The notes below the pieces were generated by a model. The model searched no databases, had not been told where the DNA came from, and saw only the letters and a program-made list of their open reading frames with translations. From an uncultured Gammaproteobacteria bacterium (GTDB lineage: Bacteria > Pseudomonadota > Gammaproteobacteria > CAMYKB01), in assembly GCA_947258875.1 (NCBI GenBank), contig CAMYKB010000003.1, positions 12,358-76,357 on the forward strand: 64,000 bases of DNA, in the 5' to 3' direction. The translations under genes and the position numbers were made by a program. Below, one piece after another: positions 10,247-18,223 of this stretch (position 1 is its first letter; each line of letters starts with the position of its first letter).

Positions 10247-11599
10247 ATGTACCAGGTTTATATCTCGTCGACTTATACAGATCTGCAGGATTTCCGTGCT
10301 ATCGCGGCCAAGGCTGTGCGTCATCTGCAGTGCCGCGCGGTCGCGATGGAGGACTACCTGGCCAGCGATGAGCGCCCGCTCGACCGCTGTCTGTCGGATG
10401 TGCGCGCCAGTAATGTGTATGTCGGTTTGTTCGCCCGGCGCTATGGCTTCACACCGCCCGGCCATGACAAGAGCGTCACCCACCTGGAATATGAGGAAGC
10501 CGGCCGGGCTGGTATACCGCGCCTGATATTTATCCTCGATGAGGCGGTGGACTGGCCGGATTCAAACTGTGATCCAGATCCTTCAGCGATCCGGCAACTG
10601 CGCACAGCACTACAGGAAAAGCACCTCGTCAGTACCTTTCGCAGTGGCGATGAGCTTGATGCCCGCCTGACGGCTGCGCTGAGCCAGGAATTGCTGAAGC
10701 GCGGCGGCAGTGGCAAGGTCGAAATACCGGAATTATTGCCCTATATGAGTGACCGCAGCCGGCAGCGTGACCAGTTGGCCGATGCGCTGGATGTCCACCT
10801 CGACAAGCGGCCACGGCGGCCCTTTGTCGCGATCGTCTATGGCGATGAACGCGAGGCGCACAGCGCCTTCCTGGAACGGCTGGAGCGGGTGACGTTCCCC
10901 GATCTGCTCGGGCTGAGTGCGGAAGCAGGGCCGGTGCATCATCTCGATCTGCGCTGGAGCGAACCTGGAGGTTCCCTGGACGAACGCGAACGACGCCTGC
11001 AGTGCCGTCTTTCCGAAAGCCTGACCGGCGAGCGCCGCGCGGATACACAGACCATGGCACAGGAACTTGCCCGGCACCGCTGCGCGGTGATGATTTCCAC
11101 CTCGATTCTGAGTGCCGACTGGCAGGCGGACGAGGCGAAACTCGTGCAACACTGGCTCAAGCTGTGGAAGGCCTGGCCGGACCTGCCACCTGGTCAGAGG
11201 TTGGTCATTGTATTGAGTTTTCATCTTAAGGACTGTTCGCAGGCCTCGTTCTGGGCGCATCGCAAACTCATCAAGAAGAATCGATGCGTCTGCGAATTCG
11301 TGACCGAACTCGAGCGGCTTGCCGGTGACGATCTATCGCTTGTAAGCCTCGACAGGCTGGAAGCTATACGCGAGTCTGATGTGCTGAACTGGCTGGAAGA
11401 GCATGCCGGGAAGTTCTGCCGTGAATCCCGTGGTGCGATCCGTGACCCACTGGTGCTCGCAGAACAGCTCAAGCCCTGGCTGCGCGAATTTTTTCGCAAG
11501 GAGGGTGTAGCGGACGAATCGGGTGGTATTCATATGGAGGAGCTGGCGCGTGAACTGCGGCGCCAGCTGCACCGCTGTTTAAACGAAGGAGGAATCTGA
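10247..11599 (+). CDS. DUF4062 (TIR-like) domain protein with C-terminal degenerate P-loop/STAND-like region
   Basis: N-terminal MYQVYISSTYTDLQDFRAIAAKAV...NVYVGLFARRYG is the DUF4062 signature. GGGAGCGG RBS before the ATG at 10247. Segment PFVAIVYGDEREAHSAFLERL looks like an NTPase strand-1/P-loop position lacking GK[ST]. Stop is 3 nt before the next gene. Confidence 0.7.
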   Translation: MYQVYISSTYTDLQDFRAIAAKAVRHLQCRAVAMEDYLASDERPLDRCLSDVRASNVYVGLFARRYGFTPPGHDKSVTHLEYEEAGRAGIPRLIFILDEAVDWPDSNCDPDPSAIRQLRTALQEKHLVSTFRSGDELDARLTAALSQELLKRGGSGKVEIPELLPYMSDRSRQRDQLADALDVHLDKRPRRPFVAIVYGDEREAHSAFLERLERVTFPDLLGLSAEAGPVHHLDLRWSEPGGSLDERERRLQCRLSESLTGERRADTQTMAQELARHRCAVMISTSILSADWQADEAKLVQHWLKLWKAWPDLPPGQRLVIVLSFHLKDCSQASFWAHRKLIKKNRCVCEFVTELERLAGDDLSLVSLDRLEAIRESDVLNWLEEHAGKFCRESRGAIRDPLVLAEQLKPWLREFFRKEGVADESGGIHMEELARELRRQLHRCLNEGGI

Positions 11600-11602
11600 C
11601 CC

Positions 11603-12598
11603 ATGGCAAACGCCAACTGGTATCAAGGCACGGGAGCACAAAGCACAACGGCGGTCGACCTGCCGGCATCGCTACTGGATCGGCACGCCAATCCGGCAGG
11701 CTATTTGGCTGATCCCGGTCTCGTAGACGCGGTCAACGTCGCGCTGCATCTTGGTCAACCCCTGCTGTTGACCGGGCAACCAGGTACCGGCAAGACCCAG
11801 CTCGCCAACAGCCTCGCCTGGGAACTCGGCTACGAGCCGTTGCTCAAGTTCGAGGCCAAGTCGACCAGCGTTGCGCGCGATCTGTTCTACACCTACGACA
11901 CCCTGGGCCGCTTCCACGCCGTGCATACCGGCCAGGGCGCTGCCGATAGCCTCGACTATATCCGCTTCAACGCCCTGGGGCTGGCGATCCTGCGCGCCAA
12001 CGATCCCGCCGACGTGGCCCAGCTGCTGGCCGATAATACGCAACATACCGGGCAGCAGCGCTCGGTGGTGTTGATCGATGAAATCGACAAGGCGCCGCGC
12101 GATTTCCCCAACGATCTATTGAACGAAGTGGAGGGCATGTATTTCAGGATCCCCGAGCTCGGCAATGCGACCGTGACCTCGGCGCCTGAGTTGCGGCCGA
12201 TCCTGGTGCTGACCAGTAATTCGGAAAAGAACCTGTCCGAAGCCTTTCTGCGGCGCTGCGTCTTCTACGACATCCCCTTTCCTGATCGCAAGCGTCTCAC
12301 CCACATTGTGCACTCGCGGCTGGGCGAGGCGATTACGGGGCAGGGGGCGCTGCTGGAGGATGCACTCAACCTGTTCGAACGCCTGCGCGATCCGGCCAGT
12401 GGCCTTCATAAGAAACCTTCGACGGGCGAATTGCTTGCCTGGCTGCAGGTACTTGTCACGCATTCGCAAGACAACGATGACTACATCCGCACTGCAGCCA
12501 TGGTCGAGCCGGCGCTTGCTGCGTTGATCAAGACCACCGAAGACCGGCCGAAAGCGCGCGAACTGCTCAAGGACTGGTTGAAAACGAAACCGGCGTGA
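11603..12598 (+). CDS. MoxR-family AAA+ ATPase
   Basis: Walker A LLTGQPGTGKTQLA. Walker B VVLIDEIDKA. Sensor/Arg finger region LVLTSNSEKNLSEAFLRRC. Stop codon overlaps the GTG start of the next gene (GTGA). Confidence 0.9.
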   Translation: MANANWYQGTGAQSTTAVDLPASLLDRHANPAGYLADPGLVDAVNVALHLGQPLLLTGQPGTGKTQLANSLAWELGYEPLLKFEAKSTSVARDLFYTYDTLGRFHAVHTGQGAADSLDYIRFNALGLAILRANDPADVAQLLADNTQHTGQQRSVVLIDEIDKAPRDFPNDLLNEVEGMYFRIPELGNATVTSAPELRPILVLTSNSEKNLSEAFLRRCVFYDIPFPDRKRLTHIVHSRLGEAITGQGALLEDALNLFERLRDPASGLHKKPSTGELLAWLQVLVTHSQDNDDYIRTAAMVEPALAALIKTTEDRPKARELLKDWLKTKPA

Positions 12599-15500
12599 GC
12601 ACGACCTCCGGCAACACGTCGATTGATCCCTCTGTCGAACCGGGAGACGCGGTAACGCTTGATGGCGACAACCTGCTTTCCCTGCTCGATAGCCTGCGAC
12701 ATGACGGGTTTCCCATCGGCGTTAAGGAATATATCACCGCACAGGAAGTCGCCATCGCCTGCAGTGATGATTATGGCATCGACCCAACGCGGCTACGCAA
12801 CTGGCTGGCGCCGGTCCTGTGCACTAACCCCGACGAACAGAGATTGTTTTACCAGCGCTTCGCCGACTGGTGGGTGCAGCGGCAACCGGTAACCGCTATA
12901 CACACGGTTGAACCAGCGCCGGTAAAAACCGAGCTTGACGAAGATGTACAACGCGCACGTCCCTGGAAGTGGGTGGCACTTGCGGTCGGGTTGATTGCAG
13001 TAGCAGTGCTTGTTCCGCCGCTGCTGAAGCAGCCCGAAAATATTACACCGCCGCCAGTCGTGTCGGGGACCGAACCATCGCAGCCAGTGCGTCCCGACCC
13101 GTCTGTTTCGGTTGAGCAGGAGCCGGTTGGGCCGCAATTGCTCGTCACGGGTGAGGTTAGGGATATTGATGGACGGGTGATTGACGGCGCGACGGTGGTA
13201 GCGGTGAAGGAGTTGAAAGGACATGATGACCATGTTTGGTCTATAAACTTCAGCCCGGATGACACACGCGTGGTTACGGCGTCAAGAGATAAAACAGCGC
13301 GCATCTGGGAGGCAGTCAGCGGGCGCGAGCTTGCACGATTGGCGCATGATAAGTGGATCCAGTCGGCCGTTTTCGGTCCGAATGGCAGGCGCGTGCTCAC
13401 GGCGTCACTAGACGGCACAGCGCGTATCTGGGATGCTGTCAGCGGGCGCGAGCTTGCACGATTGGTGCATGATGGTTGGGTCAGTTCAGCCGTTTTCGGT
13501 CCGAATGGCAGGCGCGTGCTCACGGCGTCACTAGACGGTACTGCACGCATCTGGGACGCGGATAGCGGGCGCGAGCTGAGGCGATTGCCGGGTACGGAAG
13601 GGATCCTTTCCGCTGTGTTTAGCCCGGATGGCAAGCTAATTGCCACAAACGGCGTTGGCGCGAAGCTCCTGCACTGGGCCGGTAGCGACTCCACCGGCAA
13701 CTTCGATCTCACCTCCAACCTGATCGGCGGCACCCGGCTCCGGGTTTCCCACCCTGACTATCAGGATGCCTCATTGCACGATATACCCGATGGTTTCGGC
13801 AAGTTAACTGTCGAGGCCAGCCTGGCGCCACGCCCGGCACAGTGGCTGGAGGTATTTATACGCAATCGTGAGCTGACCCGTGTCACGCTCACTCTGCTGC
13901 CATTGCTGGTTGTTACCGCCTGGTGGTTGTGGCGGCGCAAACGTCGGCAGCTGATCCTGGAGCGGCGCACGGTACGCAACGTTGACGCGCTTGCAGGTGT
14001 TGCGATGCCCGAGCCGCAGCACAACCTGTATCGCGACGAGTCCTTTGTGCGCGCACGCATCGAGGCGCGGCGGCACCAGGCAGGCGGGCAAGGCGATCTC
14101 GATGCTGATGCCACTGTCGACGAAACGGTGCGGCAGCTCGGCTGGTTCTCGCCGGTTTACAAGACGCGTCTGCGCCTGCCGGCCTATCTGGCGTTGATCG
14201 ACCGCAGCGGCTTCCGCGATCAGCAGGCACATCTGATCGACGAATTCCTCGACTGTCTGGAAGAAGGTGGCGTGACGGTCGACCGTTATTACTTCGATCG
14301 CGATCCACGCATGTGTGTCACAGCAGTGAGTGGCGACAGCACCCGGCGCGCGGTGCGTGAACTCGCCGGCCGTTATCCGCAGCATCGCCTGTTGCTGTTT
14401 AGCGATGGCAGTGGACTGCTTGATCCCGTGACCGGCCGGCCTGCAACCTGGACAGAACTGTTTTCCGCCTGGCGCGAACGTGCGCTGATGACACCGGTGC
14501 CGGCCTTTCACTGGTCATCACGCGAGGTCGAGCTGGCGCGGTTGGGTTGTAGCGTGTTACCCGCGACACCTGAGGGTCTGTTGGCCTTTGTCGAACAGCT
14601 GGATGTGCCGGACAGTATTGTGCTGCCGCCAACGACGCACTGGCGTGCGCCATTCCCCGAAATCATCGCGGCGCATCCGGCGCGTTGGTTGCAACGCAAT
14701 GAACCGCAGCCGGAGGACAGTGACGAACTGCTGCGTCAGCTGCGGCGTTATCTGGGTGACGACAGTTACCGCTGGCTGTGTGCGCTGGCTGTTTATCCCG
14801 AACTCGACTGGTACCTGACGCTGTATCTTGGTTTGCATCTGCAGCGTGAGAATGGCACGCCGGTACTCGACGAAACGGCGCTCCTGAGTCTGGTGCGTCT
14901 GCCCTGGCTGCGACGCGGCAACATGCCTGACTGGTTGCGCCTGCGTCTCATGGCCGAACTGTCCAGCGATGATGAAAACACCGTGCGCGGGTTTTTGCGC
15001 GAACTGTTGCGCGCCCGACTGGAGGCGCCCGGTAGTCGCTTCCGCCTGGATATCGCGCATCCATCCGACAACATGCAGCGGCGCGGCTGGACCCGGTTCT
15101 TTTCCGATCTGCTGCGTACCGAGCCTGATGATAGTCCGCTGCAGGATCGCGTATTCGTCAATTTTCTGCTCGGCAAGCGTCCGCAGCGCTTGCAGGTGCT
15201 GGCGCCGCGCAACTGGCATCGCTGGGTTTATGAACGGGGTTTGAGTGCATTGGGTTTGCGTGAACGCACAGGGTTGTTGCTGGCGGCCAGCACATCTGTG
15301 CTGCTGGCGGTCAGCGCCTTTTCGCTGATTGATCTTGCCAAGGCAATACAGGCGGGCGGTAACGACTCGCAGATTGTCCAGCGCGACTGGCAACCGGCGG
15401 ACGAGCAGGCTCCACCACAGATTAAAGATGTTTTCGTGGAGAAATTTGGTGGTGGCTCTGGTATTCGCTATTCAGTACGCGATCTCAAGCTCAACGGTGA

Positions 15501-16653
15501 GGGTAACAACATTCGCCTGGCACAGGGCGGTCAGGTGAAAGCGACTCTGGAAATCAATCACGACTGTCGCGAATGCGGCGGCGCCATCAATCAGATCATC
15601 GTTGGCCTGGCCGGTGAAGACAGGGCGCAGGCCTGCGTCTGGAACGGTGGGCAGTCCAGTCGCGGCTGGCAAACGGTATCGTTCACACTCAGGATTCCGC
15701 AAGCACCGGGGAGCTACGAGGTGCGTACCCGCTACGCCCAGGCCTACAACTGTAAAGATGCAATCGGCTGGTGGAAGATAGACCGTTCCCAGGGACCAGG
15801 CGAGCAATCGACCATCGGCGTGGTGGTCGTTGAAGCTGTCTCGCAGCAAAACGATACCCGGCAGACGACAGCTAAACAACAGCCCAAGGCATCGGACGTC
15901 GTTGCAACGTTGAACGAAAAATGGCTCGCGAACGTCCTGCCTTTCTATAAAAAGGCTATCGAGGGACGTTATCCTTTCGATCTGAAAAGTGAGAAGAGCG
16001 TGACCTTGAAAGATTTCGGCATGTTCTTCGGTGAAGGCGGAATTGTGCAGCGCTTCACTGAACAAGAGCTGGCGCCCTACCTGGATACCTCGGGTGGTCA
16101 ATGGCGTTGGCGTGCTGAAGCGCAGGGTTTTTCAAGCGCATCATTAGTCGAGCTTCAACGCGCGAACCGCATCCGCGCAGCGTTCTTCCAGGACGGCGGG
16201 GAAATACCGTTGCTGCGGTTCAGCCTTAAACCCAGTCAACTCGACAAGAAGGCTGTTCGCTTCACGCTGGAGATTGACGGGCAACGCCTTCAATATGCGC
16301 ATGGCCCGAAACGTACCACAGACATAACATGGCCGGGCAACACCAGGCTCAAGCGCGCACTGTACACGTTTGAAGGTCTGGATGGTAAAAGCGCGAGCGT
16401 TAAGGAGGAGGGTGCGTGGGCATGGTTGAAGATTCTGGACCAGGCCAAGATTAGTGCAACGAGGGGCCAGGATGTTTCGCGTGTAACCTTCAGTAAGAAT
16501 AGTCTTTCCGCTAGCTTCGATCTGCAGACAAGCAAAGGAATAAACCCTTTCGACCAAGACTTGCGGAAATTCCATTGTCCGCAGCGTTTAAGTTCAGGTG
16601 GCAGCAGTGAACTGTCTCCGCCTCAGCCACCAACAATTATCAGATCGAAATAA
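12595..16653 (+). CDS. Large multi-domain membrane protein: TM – WD40 repeats – TM – vWA-like – TM – IcmF/TssM C-terminal-like domain
   Basis: 1352 aa. TM helices at aa ~123-143, ~428-446 and ~893-912. Four WD40 blades, aa ~205-360 (GH...TASRDKTARIWEA, TASLDGTARIWDA x2). vWA-like strands LALIDRSGF and LLLFSDGSG. C-terminal ~230 aa contain GAWAWLKILDQAKI, IDGQRLQYAHGP...ITWPG and NPFDQDLRKFHCPQRL, patterns I recognise from the TssM/IcmF periplasmic C-terminal domain. Translationally coupled to the MoxR gene. Confidence 0.8.
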   Translation: MSTTSGNTSIDPSVEPGDAVTLDGDNLLSLLDSLRHDGFPIGVKEYITAQEVAIACSDDYGIDPTRLRNWLAPVLCTNPDEQRLFYQRFADWWVQRQPVTAIHTVEPAPVKTELDEDVQRARPWKWVALAVGLIAVAVLVPPLLKQPENITPPPVVSGTEPSQPVRPDPSVSVEQEPVGPQLLVTGEVRDIDGRVIDGATVVAVKELKGHDDHVWSINFSPDDTRVVTASRDKTARIWEAVSGRELARLAHDKWIQSAVFGPNGRRVLTASLDGTARIWDAVSGRELARLVHDGWVSSAVFGPNGRRVLTASLDGTARIWDADSGRELRRLPGTEGILSAVFSPDGKLIATNGVGAKLLHWAGSDSTGNFDLTSNLIGGTRLRVSHPDYQDASLHDIPDGFGKLTVEASLAPRPAQWLEVFIRNRELTRVTLTLLPLLVVTAWWLWRRKRRQLILERRTVRNVDALAGVAMPEPQHNLYRDESFVRARIEARRHQAGGQGDLDADATVDETVRQLGWFSPVYKTRLRLPAYLALIDRSGFRDQQAHLIDEFLDCLEEGGVTVDRYYFDRDPRMCVTAVSGDSTRRAVRELAGRYPQHRLLLFSDGSGLLDPVTGRPATWTELFSAWRERALMTPVPAFHWSSREVELARLGCSVLPATPEGLLAFVEQLDVPDSIVLPPTTHWRAPFPEIIAAHPARWLQRNEPQPEDSDELLRQLRRYLGDDSYRWLCALAVYPELDWYLTLYLGLHLQRENGTPVLDETALLSLVRLPWLRRGNMPDWLRLRLMAELSSDDENTVRGFLRELLRARLEAPGSRFRLDIAHPSDNMQRRGWTRFFSDLLRTEPDDSPLQDRVFVNFLLGKRPQRLQVLAPRNWHRWVYERGLSALGLRERTGLLLAASTSVLLAVSAFSLIDLAKAIQAGGNDSQIVQRDWQPADEQAPPQIKDVFVEKFGGGSGIRYSVRDLKLNGEGNNIRLAQGGQVKATLEINHDCRECGGAINQIIVGLAGEDRAQACVWNGGQSSRGWQTVSFTLRIPQAPGSYEVRTRYAQAYNCKDAIGWWKIDRSQGPGEQSTIGVVVVEAVSQQNDTRQTTAKQQPKASDVVATLNEKWLANVLPFYKKAIEGRYPFDLKSEKSVTLKDFGMFFGEGGIVQRFTEQELAPYLDTSGGQWRWRAEAQGFSSASLVELQRANRIRAAFFQDGGEIPLLRFSLKPSQLDKKAVRFTLEIDGQRLQYAHGPKRTTDITWPGNTRLKRALYTFEGLDGKSASVKEEGAWAWLKILDQAKISATRGQDVSRVTFSKNSLSASFDLQTSKGINPFDQDLRKFHCPQRLSSGGSSELSPPQPPTIIRSK
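13313..13560. repeat. Near-identical tandem ~123 bp nucleotide repeats encoding WD40 blades
   Basis: gtcagcgggcgcgagcttgcacgattgg(c/t)gcatgat...gccgttttcggtccgaatggcaggcgcgtgctcacggcgtcactagacgg occurs twice almost perfectly (13313-13435, 13436-13558), with a diverged third copy following. Confidence 0.85.
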
Positions 16654-16794
16654 TCGGCAGAAACATTAGGTGGGAGAATCGATCGATTATCTGCAATGTC
16701 TGAACGAACGGTATTAGCCGACTATCGAGGTCCGACCAGGCATTTAACAATTCGTCGGCTTGATCCGCCGAGGGCGACTGCCTAATGCCTAGGG

Positions 16795-17397
16795 CTAGGG
16801 CGCAAAGGACAGTGTGGAAAGTGCGCCCTGAATAATGTCTTTCGCCCGCGCATACTCATTGAAAAGGAATACTGAATAGGCATCCGCCTGTTCGTTTTTG
16901 TGGATCCCGATCAGTAGCGCCTGGCTGTAGCTAGCGGAAAATTGCGGGTCGACATCAAATACCGCTGCCGCGGCCCAGTTCGCGTTAAACAGCTCACGCG
17001 CCTGCGACTGCTGATATTCCGTATTCGGTGTATTTCCGCCATTCGACATCTGCGCGGTCAACGATTCAAACAGCAATGGAAAAAGATGGTTGGGTTCGGG
17101 CGCCGCATTGTGGGGGTCATTGTAATCAATAGAGATTCGCGCTAGTGGACGGATCACGAACCGTATCTCGAGTTCACCCGAGACATGTTTCAATGCACGT
17201 TCATAGTGAAGTACTGGATTGGCCGCGGGTTCAATGTCGGTAAAATCCGGGGGCGGCTCAAATCGCAGGCCGGATTCCTTAAGCAACTGTTCGAATAGTG
17301 CCTGGGAAGATTCCGCAGAACTTGAGGCGGTTGTCGTCAGCGCAGGCGCGACTAGCAGCAACACCAACAGCCACTGTCTTGATGGCACACCTGTCAT
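16795..17397 (-). CDS. Hypothetical secreted protein
   Basis: 200 aa with signal peptide. 4 bp overlap with the upstream TPR gene, giving an operon with the multihaem cytochrome. Confidence 0.5.
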   Translation of the reverse strand: MTGVPSRQWLLVLLLVAPALTTTASSSAESSQALFEQLLKESGLRFEPPPDFTDIEPAANPVLHYERALKHVSGELEIRFVIRPLARISIDYNDPHNAAPEPNHLFPLLFESLTAQMSNGGNTPNTEYQQSQARELFNANWAAAAVFDVDPQFSASYSQALLIGIHKNEQADAYSVFLFNEYARAKDIIQGALSTLSFAP

Positions 17398-18155
17398 GAA
17401 AGATCTGCTTTATTTGCCGGTACATCCTCTGCTTGCCATCGCTGTAATAGTGCTTTGGCGGCATCCTTCCATTCTTCAGAAGGCGCTATCTCCAGAAAAC
17501 GCTTGAGGTCGGCGATGGCCAGTGCCCGGTTGCCCATTACATCATGCACTGAAGCACGGTTGAAATATGGTGCTGCAGAGTGTGGATCCGCCGCAACACA
17601 GGCATCAAAGTCCTCCAGCGCCTGCGGGTATCTGCCTGCGTTAAAGGCAAGCGAACCGCGGTTGAAACGCGCAGCGATAAACCCGCTGTCTGTTTCGATG
17701 GCTTTATCGAGGTCTGCCATCGCCTCATCAATGCGGCCGAAATTGCGGTAGGCCTGGGCGCGATTGGTGAGAAACATCGGGTTGTGCGCATCCAGCTCCA
17801 GCGCTCTGTTAAGGTCGGCCAGTGCCGCCGAACTACGTCCCTGTTCCAGTAACAGGCTGCCGCGCACGCCATGCAAGTTTGCGTTATCCGGATACATTTC
17901 TACGGCCTGGTTGAGGCTATCTATGGCTTGCGTCGCACGGCCCTCAGCCAGGTGCTGCAGGGCGACCTGAACATGCTTGTCCGGCGTCAGGCTGGCGTGA
18001 GGATCATAGCTGCTGTGCGGGCGCACACGCGGGGCATCGGTCCCGGTATTAGGGATTTGCTGAACGATGGCTTCAGACTCGACTTGTGCGTCAGCAGTCG
18101 ACTTACCGGGGCCGCTGTCACAAGCAGACAGGCTTATGGTGACGAGCGTCGCCAT
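17394..18155 (-). CDS. TPR-repeat lipoprotein
   Basis: Lipobox LVTISLSACDSG. Multiple TPR motifs (AxxxYxxGxxxEA pattern repeated). Start chosen at MATLV (ATG 18155) to avoid overlap with the cytochrome gene. Confidence 0.6.
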   Translation of the reverse strand: MATLVTISLSACDSGPGKSTADAQVESEAIVQQIPNTGTDAPRVRPHSSYDPHASLTPDKHVQVALQHLAEGRATQAIDSLNQAVEMYPDNANLHGVRGSLLLEQGRSSAALADLNRALELDAHNPMFLTNRAQAYRNFGRIDEAMADLDKAIETDSGFIAARFNRGSLAFNAGRYPQALEDFDACVAADPHSAAPYFNRASVHDVMGNRALAIADLKRFLEIAPSEEWKDAAKALLQRWQAEDVPANKADLS

Positions 18156-18223
18156 AAGCCTTGCCTGAATCACTATCGAGCGCCTGGCAGCAGAGTGTTT
18201 TCTCAAAAATAGTCTCACCCTGC

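Noticed and set aside
12849-13733. 294-aa minus-strand ORF (Ser/Arg/Pro-rich) antisense to the large + strand gene
   Set aside because: Lies entirely inside the WD40-repeat region of the 1352-aa gene. Its length is an artefact of the tandem DNA repeats. Low-complexity composition and no RBS.
14557-16101. Several 140-280 aa minus-strand ORFs (14557..15393, 14793..15212, 15472..16101, 16144..16575)
   Set aside because: Shadow ORFs inside the GC-rich + strand gene 12595..16653. No domains or RBS, and they overlap each other.
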